Part shown: positions 63,328 to 64,000 of the stretch, in pieces
How positions within the stretch are numbered: the first letter of the stretch is position 1
Layout of the letters: every line of letters starts with the position of its first letter
NCBI GenBank assembly: GCA_964035545.1
Contig: OZ037769.1
Coordinates: forward strand, 17,514,633 to 17,578,632
Source of the DNA: Bugula neritina
Lineage: Eukaryota; Animalia; Bryozoa
DNA length: 64,000 nucleotides
Direction of reading: 5' to 3'
Position numbers and translations under genes: made by a program
The notes under the pieces: generated by a model
What the model was told of the DNA's origin: nothing
The model's input: the letters and a program-made list of their open reading frames with translations, nothing else
The model's database searches: none

Positions 63328-64000
63328 TAAGTATGAATTCATGACAATAATACGTAAATAAATGGATAGATTGCGATCAAGTTCAACATAAATCATAAAT
63401 GTTGTACTTGTACTTGAAGTTGATGCAAAATTATCACATCTACTTCTACTTCTAAGGCTAGTGACTAACTATTACTATAAACAACAGTAACTGTAAAAGT
63501 AAGTGTGGCAGCGTTTTATTACCATGAGTATACATTAAATGTCATAGTATTTATACTTACTATGAGTCTATATAGACTTAGACTATCAGTATCACTATGA
63601 GTATGAGTATCAGTATCATTATGAATATGAGTATCACTATAGGTAACCACTTACTAAAGAATTCAAGAACTGCAGTAACAATGTCACTATAGTAATGCTG
63701 TATCACAATCAACATTAGTAATATTACTTGTTGGCATAGAAGTGTTATAAATATTAAAACTATATAGTTAGATATCAATACTAATTTGAACATAATATAG
63801 CTATAAAGTATTTGGAATTGAAAATAGTTATTTGATCTAATATAATTATTAATCATGTTATGATTTACATCTTTTTTATTTTCAAGTGCTAATATAAAAT
63901 AGTACAAATATTTCTCACCTTTCAGTTCTGACTTTCCCATTTGCTCAGGTTGGCTGACGTTTAATATCATTACTAATACAATCTAGTTATTCATCACCCT

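Noticed and set aside
62580-63970. Possible minus-strand exons (MGKSELK|GTGAGA at ~63917 and GC-richer 62640-63140)
   Set aside because: I could not chain them into an open, recognisable protein; left unannotated.

Overview
This is eukaryotic (animal, probably invertebrate) nuclear DNA, AT-rich and intron-dense; it is not prokaryotic and has no CRISPR array or rRNA/tRNA gene. I assembled five spliced genes by hand with phase-consistent GT-AG junctions: (1) a divergent atlastin-type dynamin-superfamily GTPase (minus, runs off the left edge); (2) importin-9 (20 coding exons, ~1021 aa, with a U12-type intron); (3) an unusual ~557-aa protein with two tandem BCL-2-homology domains; (4) a ~1757-aa low-complexity protein with no recognisable domain, ending in a PDZ-ligand-like ATDF (plus); (5) an ER FKBP14/FKBP7-type PPIase (207 aa, HDEL). 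Mobile elements: an intact Ty3/Gypsy LTR retrotransposon with identical LTRs and a -1 frameshift cassette, a nested hAT/Buster/MITE complex, a pogo-like TIR element and a CAC-ended MITE. The most striking architecture is that most long introns are filled almost end to end by their own private tandem minisatellite. Many of these units copy the neighbouring splice site (acceptor plus exon start, exon end plus donor, or AG|GT), producing arrays of decoy or ratchet-like splice sites. Most long ORFs in the supplied track are artefacts of these repeats. All gene models are manual and lack transcript support.
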